The notes: a model not told the origin generated them from the sequence alone. 64,000 bases of DNA from an uncultured Hormoscilla sp. (GCA_963921275.4 OZ001293.3:6240001-6304000); one strand, 5' to 3'. Shown: positions 1-11,612, counted from the stretch's first letter. Translations and numbers: made by a program.

Positions 1-1544
1 ATTTGAGGAATATCGGTTCTACCAGGGAGAACCGGATGTTCTATACGAACTATTCCGAGGAAGTTTGATCCCAATGCCAACGCCAACATCATTACATACC
101 AGAATCTGTCATTTTCTCGTCTCTATCCTGCGGCGTCACTTTGCCAGTCAAAATCTAGCTTTAATAGCCACAGATATCACGGGAGTCAGAACAGAAGTTG
201 ATGGTTCTCGCATTCCAGATGTCGTAGTTTGCTCGACCGAACTCTGGGAGCGATCCTGTGCCAGACCCGGTGCTGGTATTCTTGACTTTGGGGAAACGCC
301 AACCCTAGTCATTGAAGTAAATTGGCGGGAAGACTACCTTCGCAAACGGGCTGAATATGCCTTGATCGACATTCCCGAATATTGGATAGTGGATGGGGTC
401 GAGCCGGGAATCGCTTCCCGACCCTCCCTTGAGGAACCGGACTTGCGATTTTCACCGCATCCGGCTACTGGGTACTAGGCCCTTTTCATAGGTAGACTTA
501 ATAGGAATTACTTCCGTTAGCCCTTGCCGCCTGTCTTTTCTTCCCTTTCCTGGTTTAGCGAGTGGTTGTTCTGATAACCGTTAGTATCACCATTTTCAAG
601 TCAGTTTTACCAGTTATCCATACCTTATCCTCCACTTGCGTTTCGGATTAGTTCCGTGGCTTTTTAGGATTACTCATTCCAGCAGCTTCCTAGTATCACC
701 GACCCACGTCAGCGCTGGCTACCCAGCATCATCTACATTACTGTAGATGTTATCCCAGGAATTACCCCGGGCATTCGCTTCTTGGGCCATCCCTCCCCCC
801 GTGGCTTGCGCTTAACATCTAACTTGTCCTGATGGACAGCACACGAGAGGTTACTTCGTTCCCTAACAACATTTCGCGATACCTTTAGGTCCACACTATA
901 CCCCGGGAGCTATTTGAGTACTATATTAGCCAGAGTCTAAAACTAATACTAGCTACCATTTCCTTTTTAGGCCAGCGCATATAGCCTTATTTCGCTGGTT
1001 CCTTATAACGAGGCTTGCACATGTTTGCCTGCTCTAACCTTGGATATCTTTCCTAGCGGCGTCACCGGCTTAGGCTGCCAGTTATCCTACATTTGAGTCC
1101 TCGCTTAGCACCACGATGATGTCGCTTCGTAGCACCGAGGACCGGTGTCACCCCCGTACCTGGGGGGAGGGGAATTTAACCCCCATGCGGTCAGAGTTCC
1201 CGGCTAATGAAACCGGGCTAGCGTTCCGTGTTTGACCACGTTAGGCTAGAACGAATCGCACAGACCCTAACAGGGAGCGCGTCTGGATCTTGAGTAATCC
1301 TGAAGGTGACGAAGGTTACGATTGGGTAGAATATCTACGAGGGGAATCCTTCAGTTCGGTGCAGTTTCCCCAACTGGTTTTATCAGTTAATACAGTCCTT
1401 GCACCTCCATTGGTCGAAAATTTAATCAGGGATGAACAAGCACAACTGCAACAGATTCAACAACAGAGAGATGCACAGCAAGAAAGGGCCGATCGGTTGG
1501 CTGCTAAATTACGGGAAATGGGATTAGACCCAGACACCATCTAG
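1..1544 (+). pseudogene. Uma2-family (PD-(D/E)XK) endonuclease, 5'-partial, interrupted at 390/1262 by an antisense group II intron
   Basis: Motifs RIPDVVV, LVIEV, KRAEYA. Removing 391-1261 joins ...TGG ATA GT|A GAC CCT = EYWIVDPNRERVWIL, continuing into ORF 1290-1544. Confidence 0.9.
391..1261 (-). mobile_element. ORF-less group II intron, type A, copy 1 (871 nt)
   Basis: Minus strand starts GTGCGATTCG, carries domain V (AGCCGGATGCGGTGAAAATCGCAAGTCCGGTT) and ends GACCCCATCC. Same length and sequence as four other copies. Confidence 0.95.
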
Positions 1545-1669
1545 AACCTCAGTCAGTCAAGAAACCGGGTTTCTCTCGTCATATCCTTGATATCTCGTTG
1601 ATAGCTGAACAAGAAACTCGGTTTCTGGCTTCTCTATATTTCCAGTCAAATATAGAGGGCGATCGCCTT

Positions 1670-2032
1670 TTATCCCAGAGTCAGAATACCCGCTGAAAAA
1701 TCCGCCAGCAGCCGCTTTGTCCTCAACCAAGGCAAACCTATAATAGTTTCCCTGATTTCCGGTCCCGCAACAGCTTCAACAGTCAACTCTTGGTCATCCA
1801 ATACCACTTTTGCCATGTAGGTATTAAGAATGGTTTCACCCATTGCCGTCACCAGGTTCCTTGTCTCGATCTCAGACCATTCAAGAGCCTCCAAATCCTG
1901 CTCGTTAATTGCTAGCCACTCTGTCGAACCTGTATCCAGTAGCGCCATTACGGGAAATATTTCTCCATTAGCTGCGATCAAACCAATCTCCAAAAATAGC
2001 TGACCTCACTCATCAAACTCACCTTGAATCAT
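1670..2032 (-). pseudogene. Predicted clan AA aspartyl protease with in-frame TGA at 2006-2008
   Basis: ALLDTGS motif and IIGLPWL tail. The ATG at 2032 overlaps the upstream stop (ATGA) and reads MIQGEFDE*GQLFLEI. Confidence 0.75.
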
Positions 2033-2346
2033 ATTCTGCCACAGACTCCTGTTTCATTAATTCGGAAAGTAGCAAATCGCTGCTGCGGGTATTTCTCCAG
2101 TGCCTTCTGTAAGGCTATAATGCTATCGCGATCTATGAAATAGTCTCCGCTATTTGGCTCAATGAGGATGAACCAATTATAGTGGTTTGCGATTAACTCT
2201 GGGCGAACTCGCTCAAAAATCACGCGACCTCGCTGGTGAAATGCTTCCATTTCAGCTTTGCGTTTGGCTATTTCTTCAGGAGACCTCACGATCTCTGGGA
2301 ATATCCTTCCCCGCCGCGCTTTCCAGTTTAATTGCTGTTGTGCCAT
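2029..2346 (-). CDS. Conserved hypothetical protein, coupled to the aspartyl protease
   Basis: 105-aa ORF ending NETGVCGRI, with ATGA overlap to the downstream gene. Confidence 0.7.
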   Translation of the reverse strand: MAQQQLNWKARRGRIFPEIVRSPEEIAKRKAEMEAFHQRGRVIFERVRPELIANHYNWFILIEPNSGDYFIDRDSIIALQKALEKYPQQRFATFRINETGVCGRI

Positions 2347-2423
2347 CTTTTTATCATCTCTACTTCTTTAGCTAGTGGTATAATGGCAGCATCTTACTTT
2401 GAAATCAATGTATGGACTCCGAC

Positions 2424-2852
2424 TCACTCAGACTGTAAAATCAAAGCCAAAGCCCGATCGAGAATTTCCTCTCGATCGACCATTTGTTCTAATTCCCTAA
2501 CCTCGTAGCGTTCTCCATCTATTTCTAAAGAAGCCTTGTTAATAGCTTGTCGATAAGCTTTTTCTAAAGTGAGACGCAAATCTTCTAAATCCAAGTAAAA
2601 CCCCTTAGATTTAGGACGCTGATTTAACTCCTGAATTTCTAGAACAGAGTTGCGAATGGAAACCTCCCAAGAACCGGTAGAGCGATTTTCAACTTGCTGC
2701 TTAATCAGATGCAGCAGTAGAATAACTGCAAAACTACGAATGTTATTAATGATATCCTTTTTGCTCATTTCTTCAAGTTCTTCGACAATGGCTAACGATC
2801 CTGGTATATCGCCTTTTAGCAGCAAGTCTTTGAGTGCAAACAATTCTTCCAT
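2424..2852 (-). CDS. DUF29-family protein
   Basis: LEEMSK...ILLLHLIKQQ...SWEVSIRN signature. Confidence 0.8.
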   Translation of the reverse strand: MEELFALKDLLLKGDIPGSLAIVEELEEMSKKDIINNIRSFAVILLLHLIKQQVENRSTGSWEVSIRNSVLEIQELNQRPKSKGFYLDLEDLRLTLEKAYRQAINKASLEIDGERYEVRELEQMVDREEILDRALALILQSE

Positions 2853-2897
2853 AATGATTACCTCAAGCTATGAATGTTTTCATGTAGATAACTACGG

Positions 2898-3227
2898 TCA
2901 TATAGATATCCCCTGCGATCGCATTCTAGCAACAAAAGGAGATTCACCAGCTTCGCGGCGCAACTTTTCAGCATACTGGTATCCTCGTTCCATGTCGGCA
3001 TCAAGCTCTTCTTTACGATCCCAGTAATAGGCTAATGCTGAATAAATTTGGCTCATTTTGATATGAGGATAATGCAAGTGCAGCTCTTGAGGACTCCAAC
3101 CGTAAGCAGTTTGAGCTGTGACTAACTCAATAACTTTCATAGTGGTTCCGGCGATGATGGGAACCCCGGCATCGTTAATTCTTATGTGTTTGTACTCATT
3201 CGCCGTCAGTTCTATTATTTGTTCCAT
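2898..3227 (-). CDS. DUF433-domain (antitoxin-like) protein
   Basis: GVPIIAGTTMKV...WSPQEL...YPH...QIYSALAYY motif. Start taken at MEQII. Confidence 0.8.
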   Translation of the reverse strand: MEQIIELTANEYKHIRINDAGVPIIAGTTMKVIELVTAQTAYGWSPQELHLHYPHIKMSQIYSALAYYWDRKEELDADMERGYQYAEKLRREAGESPFVARMRSQGISI

Positions 3228-3568
3228 CGGTTTCCCCCATAACGATCGTAGATGATTGCTGTTTACCATTATATTATCCTCCTACAAATGCAAGCCGATC
3301 GCATTCGCGATTTGCATTTCCTTGTTCGAGCAGAAGGGCCAGTTTTGGCTGGCAACAAACGTAATATCCATCTCCTGGGACTATCCCCTTGGGAGTAAAT
3401 GTATTCATCTATACAAATGTAGTACAATATAATTCAAAAATCGGAACCAATGAACCAAGGCTGGCAAAATTAAACAGGCGATCGCCCATTACCAGGTTGA
3501 CAGAGAGAGAAAATATGGTATAATGGCAAAAAAATAAATTTCATCTAGTTAAGCAAAAGATCGATCTC

Positions 3569-3660
3569 TGTGCTAATCTAGGGAAGTTGTCAAACTCGCA
3601 CATCCAGGATTTCGGGTGTTTCCACTGGAAATGCACCTGGATGGAGGCTAAACCCGAAAG
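3569..3660 (+). promoter_or_regulatory. rpsB extended -10 promoter and S2 autoregulatory leader RNA
   Basis: TGTGCTAATCT at 3569. Leader stem CATCCAGG/CCTGGATG, CGGGTGTT able to pseudoknot with AAACCCG, and a TGGAGGC motif as in known rpsB leaders. Confidence 0.65.
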
Positions 3661-3675
3661 GAGAGATCGTTATCT

Positions 3676-4467
3676 ATGCCAGTTGTCTCATTAGCTGAAT
3701 TGCTAGAGTCGGGAGTCCACTTCGGACACCAAACCCGTCGGTGGAACCCCCGGATGGATCAATACATCTTTACGGCCCGCAACGGCGTCCACATCATAGA
3801 CTTGGTGCAGACAGCTCAGCTCATGGAGCAAGCCTATGAGTACATGCGCGCGGCCTCAGAACAGAGGAAAAAAGTGCTATTCGTCGGCACCAAGCGTCAA
3901 GCAGCTGGAATTATCGCCCAAGAAGCCACCCGTTGTGGGGCTTATTTCATTAACCAGCGCTGGTTGGGGGGAATGCTGACCAATTGGACGACAATCAAAA
4001 ATCGGGTAGAGCGGCTCAAAGAATTAGAGCGGCTAGAGGAAAGTGGCGGACTCGCCCTGCGCCCGAAAAAAGAAGGCTCCATGCTGCGCCGGGAAATGGA
4101 AAGGCTCCAGAAATACCTGGGCGGCATTAAAATGATGCGGAAAGTACCCGACATCGTGGTGATAGTAGACCAGCGACGGGAGTACAATGCCGTTCGGGAA
4201 TGCGAAAAACTGAAAATCCCGATCGTCGCCCTGCTAGACACGAACTGCGACCCCAACGCGGTGGATATTCCCATCCCCGCCAATGACGATGCCATCCGAT
4301 CGATTAAACTAATCGTGGGTAAGTTGGCAGATGCCATCTATGAAGGGCGTCACGGTCAAGTGTATGTGGAAGAAGAATACGAAGATTTCATAGAAGCAGA
4401 AGAAGAGTACGACTACGACAATGTCGATATGTCGGAATCCTCGGATTCGGAAGAGACAGCAGAATAG
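3676..4467 (+). CDS. rpsB: 30S ribosomal protein S2
   Basis: [35 protein letters not shown]. Confidence 0.99.
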   Translation: MPVVSLAELLESGVHFGHQTRRWNPRMDQYIFTARNGVHIIDLVQTAQLMEQAYEYMRAASEQRKKVLFVGTKRQAAGIIAQEATRCGAYFINQRWLGGMLTNWTTIKNRVERLKELERLEESGGLALRPKKEGSMLRREMERLQKYLGGIKMMRKVPDIVVIVDQRREYNAVRECEKLKIPIVALLDTNCDPNAVDIPIPANDDAIRSIKLIVGKLADAIYEGRHGQVYVEEEYEDFIEAEEEYDYDNVDMSESSDSEETAE

Positions 4468-4485
4468 CAAGGGTACTAAAGCAAA

Positions 4486-5142
4486 ATGGCAGAAATATCA
4501 GCAAAACTCGTAAAAGAGTTACGAGAAAAAACGGGCGCAGGCATGATGGATTGCAAAAAGGCCCTCCAAGAAACAGATGGAGATCGGGAAAAAGCCATAA
4601 AACGGCTGAGGCAAAAAGGACTCGCCTCTGCTAGTAAAAAAGCAGGGCGGGTAGCAGCAGAAGGGCTGGTCGATAGCTACATCCACACGGGAGGAAGAAT
4701 AGGCGTCCTGGTGGAAGTAAACTGCGAAACAGATTTTGTCGCCCGTGGCGAAGAGTTCCAAACCCTGGTGCGGAACATTGCGATGCAAATTGCAGCTTGT
4801 CCCAATGTGGAGTACGTGAATGTGGAGGAGATCCCAGAAGAAATCGGAGCCAAAGAAAAGGAAATAGAAATGGGACGAGAAGACATGGCGACGAAAAAGC
4901 CGGACATCAAAGAAAAGATTGTCCAAGGTCGGGTAGAGAAGCGGTTGAAAGAGATGTGTTTGCTGGATCAGCCCTATATTAAAGATCAAAATATCACAGT
5001 GTCGGAATTGATCGAGCAAAGCATAGCCCAGCTGGGTGAAAACATCAAGGTGCGTCGCTTTACTCGGTTTGTGCTAGGTGAAGGAATAGAAAAGGAAGCA
5101 CAGGATTTTGCGTCCGAAGTAGCAGCCCAGATGGGCCAATAA
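4486..5142 (+). CDS. tsf: Elongation factor Ts
   Basis: [29 protein letters not shown]. Follows rpsB. Confidence 0.99.
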   Translation: MAEISAKLVKELREKTGAGMMDCKKALQETDGDREKAIKRLRQKGLASASKKAGRVAAEGLVDSYIHTGGRIGVLVEVNCETDFVARGEEFQTLVRNIAMQIAACPNVEYVNVEEIPEEIGAKEKEIEMGREDMATKKPDIKEKIVQGRVEKRLKEMCLLDQPYIKDQNITVSELIEQSIAQLGENIKVRRFTRFVLGEGIEKEAQDFASEVAAQMGQ

Positions 5143-5144
5143 TT

Positions 5145-5360
5145 GTAGGTTGGGTTTCCGCACGAAACCCAACCTATAACTGCTATTAACCTCGTTCGTT
5201 GGGTAACAAACGTCAAGCAAACCTAGGAAGATATGATTGGGAGAAAAAGTTGTGACGGCGGAGATGTTGGCAAATGGGATTAAATATGAATGCTGAGGGT
5301 AAAAATGTCAGTGCTATGAAATCAGTTGTAGGTTGGGTTTCCGCACGAAACCCAACCTAC
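5145..5360. repeat. Two GTAGGTTGGGTTTC...AAACCCAACCTA REP-type palindromes; family also at ~51310, ~56898 and split by the intron at 61915
   Basis: Near-identical palindromes at 5145 and 5328. Confidence 0.8.
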
Positions 5361-5587
5361 AACTGCTGTTAAGGTAGATTGAGTAAAGTCAAAAAAACCT
5401 ACATGTTGTTGGTCATAAAGGTAGATTGGTGATAGAATGAATCAGAGTAACAAGGAGCGAGAAAAAGCAGTCGAGCAGTTAATTTGCATGAGGAGAAAAA
5501 AATAGATCCATGTTATATTTTTCCAATTTTGAACTTGGAATGGCTTAAAGGCTGAGCAGTTGTGATAGTAAATATTGACATGAGATT

Positions 5588-6496
5588 ATGGATAGAGCGG
5601 AGCAGATAGCTCGGGAACTAGGAGCATTGGAAAAAGAGATCGAAGCATTAGCAGCAGAATTCCACCAAACCTACTCAGAATATCTGAAATCACTGGGACA
5701 GGTGGTGCGACAGGGGCTAATTCTGGCGAGCTATCATCTCTGCACTCAGGGGTATCCAGGTCAGTTTCTGCGTTTGAGTTTGAACAGCAAACAAAAATTG
5801 CAGCAAGCGATCAGACAGGTGGCTTCTCAGGCCCAGCCACAGTTGCTGGCCCAGTTACATCCTCCAGGGCAACCAGCACAGGAGAAGCCAAAGGAAACCA
5901 AGGTGGAAGCGTTTTTGCCCGGCTTACTAAATCAACCCTCGGAAAATATCTTAGGAGGCACCAATAGGGTATTGCCCCAGGAGGAGAAGCCACAGGAAAA
6001 AATAACACCAATGGACTTGGCCCAATGGCAGGATAAATTGGAAAAAGCGATCGCCTCGACATTAGATACAGTCTCTCGTCAGACGAATCTGTTACTCAAG
6101 CAAGGAAACATCCTGCCCAACCATCAGTTACCAGAATCGATTGTAGAAGCAGCTAAATCAGCTGCTAGTTCCTCGGAAACTGTCCCCGCTGGACCGCCCA
6201 ACATTATTAATATGTTAATTGAAGCCGAAGGTCCTGGAAAAAAAGAGGAAGGATCTGCTGAAGACCCCGCCTCGACCTCGACGGGGAAGCGGCGCATGCC
6301 CATCAGGATCGTGGAAATTCATTTGCGGCTATCGGAACTAGAATTTGCCGACTCGACAGCGAGTTCTTGGCGTCAGAAAATTCGTAACCTGAAGACGAAA
6401 TTACAAACCCTAGGGCGCAAGTATCAGAAGAAACAACGGGAACGTGCTGTTGCCCTGGCAGAAGCCGCATGGCGTTCCAGCTGGTTCGATGAATGA
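5588..6496 (+). CDS. Conserved hypothetical cyanobacterial coiled-coil protein
   Basis: 302-aa ORF with LILASYHLCTQGYP and AEAAWRSSWFDE. Confidence 0.8.
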   Translation: MDRAEQIARELGALEKEIEALAAEFHQTYSEYLKSLGQVVRQGLILASYHLCTQGYPGQFLRLSLNSKQKLQQAIRQVASQAQPQLLAQLHPPGQPAQEKPKETKVEAFLPGLLNQPSENILGGTNRVLPQEEKPQEKITPMDLAQWQDKLEKAIASTLDTVSRQTNLLLKQGNILPNHQLPESIVEAAKSAASSSETVPAGPPNIINMLIEAEGPGKKEEGSAEDPASTSTGKRRMPIRIVEIHLRLSELEFADSTASSWRQKIRNLKTKLQTLGRKYQKKQRERAVALAEAAWRSSWFDE

Positions 6497-6707
6497 TATT
6501 ACGATCGGCAGAAACCTGCAGGAGAATTAGTAAATAGCAATGGCGTAATTAGTAGCAGAGAGAGAAGATGTATAGGAATATCATTCAGGATAGTGAGGGA
6601 GGAAATGATCAAGCATAATGAGAGGATAAATGGCAATTGAAAACTTGCCATTTACGGCCTCAAGCAGTAAGATAGGTATGCAAGCAGACAAGAGAGAGTT
6701 TTGACAA

Positions 6708-9176
6708 ATGATAGAAGCACCAGATTGGGAGAGATTAAAGAAAGCCTTGGCTGTAGAAGCAAAACATGGCTTTACCAACATCGTCGGTAAGCAACCCTTT
6801 AGCCAGTTTCTCCAAGACCAGTTTAGCCAGCCACCAGCGGACCTGGCGCCAGCAGAGCGATGTCAGTGGCAGAAATTTGAGCAGGAATTTGCCAGTTATC
6901 CTGACCTCAGTTTTGCTCTCCGACAGCAATTAGTAACACAAGCGCGTCAGTATATCCATAGCTGTCAGCAAGCCTCAGGAAATGGAGCAGGGGGAAAAGC
7001 CCAGTGCGGACAACAGAGTAAAATTGAACTGGGCGCCATCAGTAGGGTGGAATATACAGAAAGCGTGAGTATAGACCAACCTATAGTCAAGCTAAAAGGG
7101 GTGGGATTCAGAAATGGTCGGCTGTTGGAACTGCTGGATTTGTTGACGGTCCGGGACTTGCTTTTATACTACCCCCGTGACTATATTAATTATGCTCGTC
7201 AGGTGCCGATCGAGGAGTTGCAACCAGGGGAAACGGTAACCATAGTGGGAGAAGTAAAGCGAGTCAGCTGCTTTAGTTCGCCCCGCAACAAGAAATTAAC
7301 GATCCTGGATTTGTTGATGAAAGACAGCACCGGGCAAATTAAAGTGTCCCGGTTTTTTGCAGGTAATTACTTTAGCAATAAATCCTGGCAAGAAAAAACT
7401 AAGCGTTCCTATCCAGTCGGGGCCTTGGTAGCTGCTTCGGGTTTGGTGAAGAAAAACAAATATGGCCTGACCCTAGACAAGCCCGAACTGGAAGTTTTAG
7501 AAGAGGAAAACAACAATGCGATCGAATCTCTGAATGTGGGGCGGTTGCTGCCAGTTTATGCCTTAACAGAAGGGGTGACAGCTGCTGTGGTCAGAAGGGC
7601 GGTGATGACAGCCTTACCAGCTACTAAAGACCTAGAGGAGACTCTCCCAGAATCTCTGCGGAAACAGTATGATTTGCTGGAGTTGAAAGAGGCGATCGCC
7701 TCGATCCACTTTCCAGATGATGAAGATGTCCTGAGAACCGCCCGCCGCAGATTAATCTTCGATGAATTATTCTACCTGCAACTAGGATTTCTCCAGCGTC
7801 GCTATCAGCAGAAACAGGATCGAACAGGGATTAAAATTAAAAGTCCTGACAAAGGGAAACTGATCGAAAAGTTTTACAAACTGCTTCCTTTTCAGCTAAC
7901 AGATGCGCAAAATCGAGTAATTGACGAAATCCTGAATGACTTAAAATCAACCACCTCCATGAATCGCTTGGTGCAAGGAGATGTCGGGGCTGGTAAAACG
8001 CTAGTGGCAGTAATAGCAATCCTAGCTGTAATTCAAGCAGGCTATCAAGCAGCATTAATGGCACCCACAGAAGTCCTAGCAGAACAGCATTATCGCAAAT
8101 TATTAGGTTGGTTTAATCTCCTGAAATTACCAGTTGAATTGCTGACAGGTTCAACCAAAACTGCTAAACGTAGAGAAATTCACGCTCGATTGGAGACAGG
8201 AGAACTGCCGCTATTAGTTGGCACTCATGCCTTAATTCAAGACACAGTCAACTTTCACCGCTTAGGTTTAGTGGTAATAGACGAACAGCACCGTTTTGGA
8301 GTCGGACAAAGGGCATTGTTGCAGCAAAAAGGTGATGCCCCCCATGTCCTAACCATGACCGCAACCCCAATTCCTCGTACCATGGCCCTGACCATTCATG
8401 GGGATTTAGACGTGAGTCAAATTGACGAACTTCCTCCAGGAAGAAAGCCCATTCAGACAACAACATTAAGTAGTAGACAACGCAAAAAAGCTTACAATTT
8501 GATGCGCCAGGAAATTGCTCAAGGTCGTCAAGTTTATATAGTTTTACCTTTGGTTGAGGAATCGGAAAAACTAGATTTACGTTCGGCTGTAGAAGAACAT
8601 AAGCGACTGTCGAAAACAGTATTTCCAGAATACCAGGTTTGTCTGTTACATGGTCGCATGAGTTCGGCAGAAAAAGAGGAAGAAATTAATAATTTTCGGG
8701 ATAACAAAACTCAAATTATTGTTAGCACGACCGTGATCGAAGTCGGAGTAGACGTGCCCAATGCCACAGTAATGATGATCGAAAATGCCGAACGTTTTGG
8801 ATTATCCCAGCTACACCAACTGAGGGGTCGTGTGGGTCGAGGCGATCGGAAATCCTATTGTTTGCTGATTGGTGGTTCCCAAACCGCTGAGGCCCGTCAG
8901 CGGTTGAATGTTTTGGAACAGTCCCAAGATGGCTTTTTTATTGCGGAAATGGATATGCGGTTGCGGGGACCTGGTGAAGTTTTGGGAACTCGTCAATCAG
9001 GGTTACCAGATTTTGCTTTGGCAAGTTTGGTAGAAGACGAGGATGTGTTGATATTGGCAAGAGATGCGGCAGAAAAGACTATCCTTCAGGATGAGACACT
9101 TAACAGTTTTCCTTTGTTGAAAGCTGAGTTAGAACGTCGGTATCAACGGATTATGGGTGGCACAATGATGACCTGA
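6708..9176 (+). CDS. recG: ATP-dependent DNA helicase RecG
   Basis: QGDVGAGKT, DEQHRFG, MTATPIPRT, QLHQLRGRVGRG. Confidence 0.98.
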   Translation: MIEAPDWERLKKALAVEAKHGFTNIVGKQPFSQFLQDQFSQPPADLAPAERCQWQKFEQEFASYPDLSFALRQQLVTQARQYIHSCQQASGNGAGGKAQCGQQSKIELGAISRVEYTESVSIDQPIVKLKGVGFRNGRLLELLDLLTVRDLLLYYPRDYINYARQVPIEELQPGETVTIVGEVKRVSCFSSPRNKKLTILDLLMKDSTGQIKVSRFFAGNYFSNKSWQEKTKRSYPVGALVAASGLVKKNKYGLTLDKPELEVLEEENNNAIESLNVGRLLPVYALTEGVTAAVVRRAVMTALPATKDLEETLPESLRKQYDLLELKEAIASIHFPDDEDVLRTARRRLIFDELFYLQLGFLQRRYQQKQDRTGIKIKSPDKGKLIEKFYKLLPFQLTDAQNRVIDEILNDLKSTTSMNRLVQGDVGAGKTLVAVIAILAVIQAGYQAALMAPTEVLAEQHYRKLLGWFNLLKLPVELLTGSTKTAKRREIHARLETGELPLLVGTHALIQDTVNFHRLGLVVIDEQHRFGVGQRALLQQKGDAPHVLTMTATPIPRTMALTIHGDLDVSQIDELPPGRKPIQTTTLSSRQRKKAYNLMRQEIAQGRQVYIVLPLVEESEKLDLRSAVEEHKRLSKTVFPEYQVCLLHGRMSSAEKEEEINNFRDNKTQIIVSTTVIEVGVDVPNATVMMIENAERFGLSQLHQLRGRVGRGDRKSYCLLIGGSQTAEARQRLNVLEQSQDGFFIAEMDMRLRGPGEVLGTRQSGLPDFALASLVEDEDVLILARDAAEKTILQDETLNSFPLLKAELERRYQRIMGGTMMT

Positions 9177-9366
9177 TATCTGGTCAAAGCATGATCTACT
9201 CGGAAAGGGATGGACTTGCGCTTTTTGCCGCAGTCAATTCTGTAGCATAAACCAAGACAGGGCAAGGGTTTCGGACGATAGACTCTGGCATGGCAAAAAA
9301 CGCAAATTGAAGCCTATCGCAGTATAATGAATTAAAATAGTTATCGCAGTAAGTAGGAGGCTGAAT

Positions 9367-10704
9367 ATGGCATTTGATTACGACCTGTTTGTAATTGGTG
9401 CGGGTTCAGGGGGACTGGCGGCTGCTAAACGGGCCGCATCCTATGGTGCCAAGGTGGCGATCGCCGAAGAGTCCGCCGACCTGGGGGGTACCTGCGTCAA
9501 TCGCGGTTGCGTTCCCAAAAAACTCATGGTATATGCCTCGGAATTTTCCCATAAATTTAAGACAGCTGCTGAGTATGGCTGGAGTCCGGTGTCAAGCAGC
9601 TTTAACTGGTCGGAGTTCATTGCCCAGAAAAACCAGGAAATCCAGCGTCTCAACGGAGTATACAGCAATTCTCTAGCAGCAGCTGGAGTGGAACTGTTCG
9701 GAGGTCATGTTACTTTCAGGGACGAACATACCCTGTCAGTTGCCGATCGCCAGATTACCGCCGCCAAAATCTTGATTGCGGTGGGGGCTAAACCTCAAAA
9801 ACCGGAAATTCCCGGGAGAGAACAGGCCATTACCTCTAACGAAATCTTTCACCTGGCCCAGCAACCCCAGCGTATTGCGATCGTGGGCGGTGGCTATATC
9901 GGTACGGAATTTGCTTGTATCATGAATGGTCTGGGTTCCCAGGTAACGCTAATCATTCGTCGCAATCTGATTTTGAACGGATTCGATGACGATCTTAGAA
10001 CTGGCGTACAAGCAGGCATGCAGCAACATGGAATTCGGATCCTCTGCAACAAAGAAGTGGAAAAAATTCAACTCTTATCAACAGGTCTCAAAGTCACCTT
10101 ACCCGATGATAGCATGACAGTTGATACAGTGCTGGCTGCTACAGGTCGGATTCCTAATTTGAGTAACCTGGGTTGCGAAAAAGCTGGAGTGAAGATTGCC
10201 AATGGAGCGATCGCCGTAGATTCGGAAAGTTGCACCAGTCAGCCCCATATTTTCGCCGTGGGAGACTGCACCGATCGCCGCAATCTCACCCCAGTGGCCA
10301 TTGCTGAAGGTCGGGCCTTTGCCGATACCGAGTTTGGCGATCGCCCCCGGACGATTAATTATGAATTTATCCCCTCAGCGGTATTTTCCCAACCAGAAGC
10401 TGCTACGGTAGGCATGAGCGAAGCCGAAGCCCGATCGCAATTAGGGGAGGCCGTGAAAATTTATCGCAGCCAATTTAAGCCCTTGTACTATACTCTAACT
10501 CAGGAGAATACCAAAACCCTGCTCAAGTTAGTGGTTGACAGTCAAACCGAGCGGGTGCTAGGCGCTCACATGGTCGGAGAACATGCCGCCGAGATTATCC
10601 AAATGTTGGCAGTTGCCTTAAAAATGGGTGCCACCAAATCCGACCTGGACGCCACCATTGGCATTCATCCTTCGACAGCTGAAGAGTTTGTTACCATGAA
10701 ATAG
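9367..10704 (+). CDS. gor: Glutathione reductase
   Basis: GAGSGG, GGTCVNRGCVPKK, HPSTAEE. Confidence 0.95.
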   Translation: MAFDYDLFVIGAGSGGLAAAKRAASYGAKVAIAEESADLGGTCVNRGCVPKKLMVYASEFSHKFKTAAEYGWSPVSSSFNWSEFIAQKNQEIQRLNGVYSNSLAAAGVELFGGHVTFRDEHTLSVADRQITAAKILIAVGAKPQKPEIPGREQAITSNEIFHLAQQPQRIAIVGGGYIGTEFACIMNGLGSQVTLIIRRNLILNGFDDDLRTGVQAGMQQHGIRILCNKEVEKIQLLSTGLKVTLPDDSMTVDTVLAATGRIPNLSNLGCEKAGVKIANGAIAVDSESCTSQPHIFAVGDCTDRRNLTPVAIAEGRAFADTEFGDRPRTINYEFIPSAVFSQPEAATVGMSEAEARSQLGEAVKIYRSQFKPLYYTLTQENTKTLLKLVVDSQTERVLGAHMVGEHAAEIIQMLAVALKMGATKSDLDATIGIHPSTAEEFVTMK

Positions 10705-10781
10705 CCCCTCGGGAAAATTATGCCAGCAAATCTGGAAAGCTGGTAAACTGATGTTAAGTTTACTTATCCCATGTCACAGAT

Positions 10782-11333
10782 ATGACTTCTCGTCGTCGTT
10801 TTTTTGCCATTCTCCTGGCCAGCTGTCTGGCTTTCATGGCCTCATTTAACTTCAGCCCAGCAGCATTAGCTTTGGGAGGCAAATTACTGGAACTGAACCA
10901 ACCAGCACCGGACTTTACCCTGCCCACTAATACGGGTAATGGGAAAATATCCCTCTCCGATTATCGCGGTCGGTGGGTAGTGCTTTACTTCTATCCCAAA
11001 GATTTTACCTCTGGTTGTACCCTGGAAGCCCGTCTATTTCAGAGAGATTTGCCCAAATATATCGAGAGAAATACTCAAATCCTGGGCATTAGCGCTGATG
11101 ACGTGGACTCCCACGCCGAATTCTGTGATGCTGAAGGTTTGACATTCCCCCTTTTGGCTGATACCACTGGCAAAGTAAGTAAAGCCTATGGTTCTTGGAT
11201 GCTCTTTTTCTCCCTGCGCCACAGCTTTATCATTGACCCGGATGGCATACTGCGGGAAATATACACTGATGTTTACCCGGCAACTCACTCTCTAGAGGTG
11301 CTGGAACGTCTGGAGCAATTGCAGCAAAGTTAG
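10782..11333 (+). CDS. Peroxiredoxin Q/BCP with N-terminal export signal
   Basis: VLYFYPKDFTSGCTLEA, and an RRRF + hydrophobic leader. Confidence 0.92.
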   Translation: MTSRRRFFAILLASCLAFMASFNFSPAALALGGKLLELNQPAPDFTLPTNTGNGKISLSDYRGRWVVLYFYPKDFTSGCTLEARLFQRDLPKYIERNTQILGISADDVDSHAEFCDAEGLTFPLLADTTGKVSKAYGSWMLFFSLRHSFIIDPDGILREIYTDVYPATHSLEVLERLEQLQQS

Positions 11334-11612
11334 CATGCTGTAATCGCAATCGGGAAGTGGTTCATAGTTGATGGTTCCTAGGCTACCAAAAATTATCATA
11401 CTATGAACCACGAACTATTAAATAAAAAGAACGGTACTAAAGAAAGGTGGTTTTGCGGATGTTCCCAGCGGGAATGATTGATACTATGTAAATATCAAGC
11501 GAACAATGAAGCTAAAGGGAGCATGTCCAGAGCATTTTCTAAGTTGTTTTGCTCTCAGACATAATCGCCTAAATACCCTATAGGAAATGGGACTGACAAC
11601 TGACATTGCTAA

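Noticed and set aside
391..1261. The 871-bp repeat as an IS/MITE or an assembly artefact
   Set aside because: It has no terminal IRs or TSD, carries group II domain V/VI and EBS1-IBS1 complementarity, and each copy cleanly splits a different reconstructable site.
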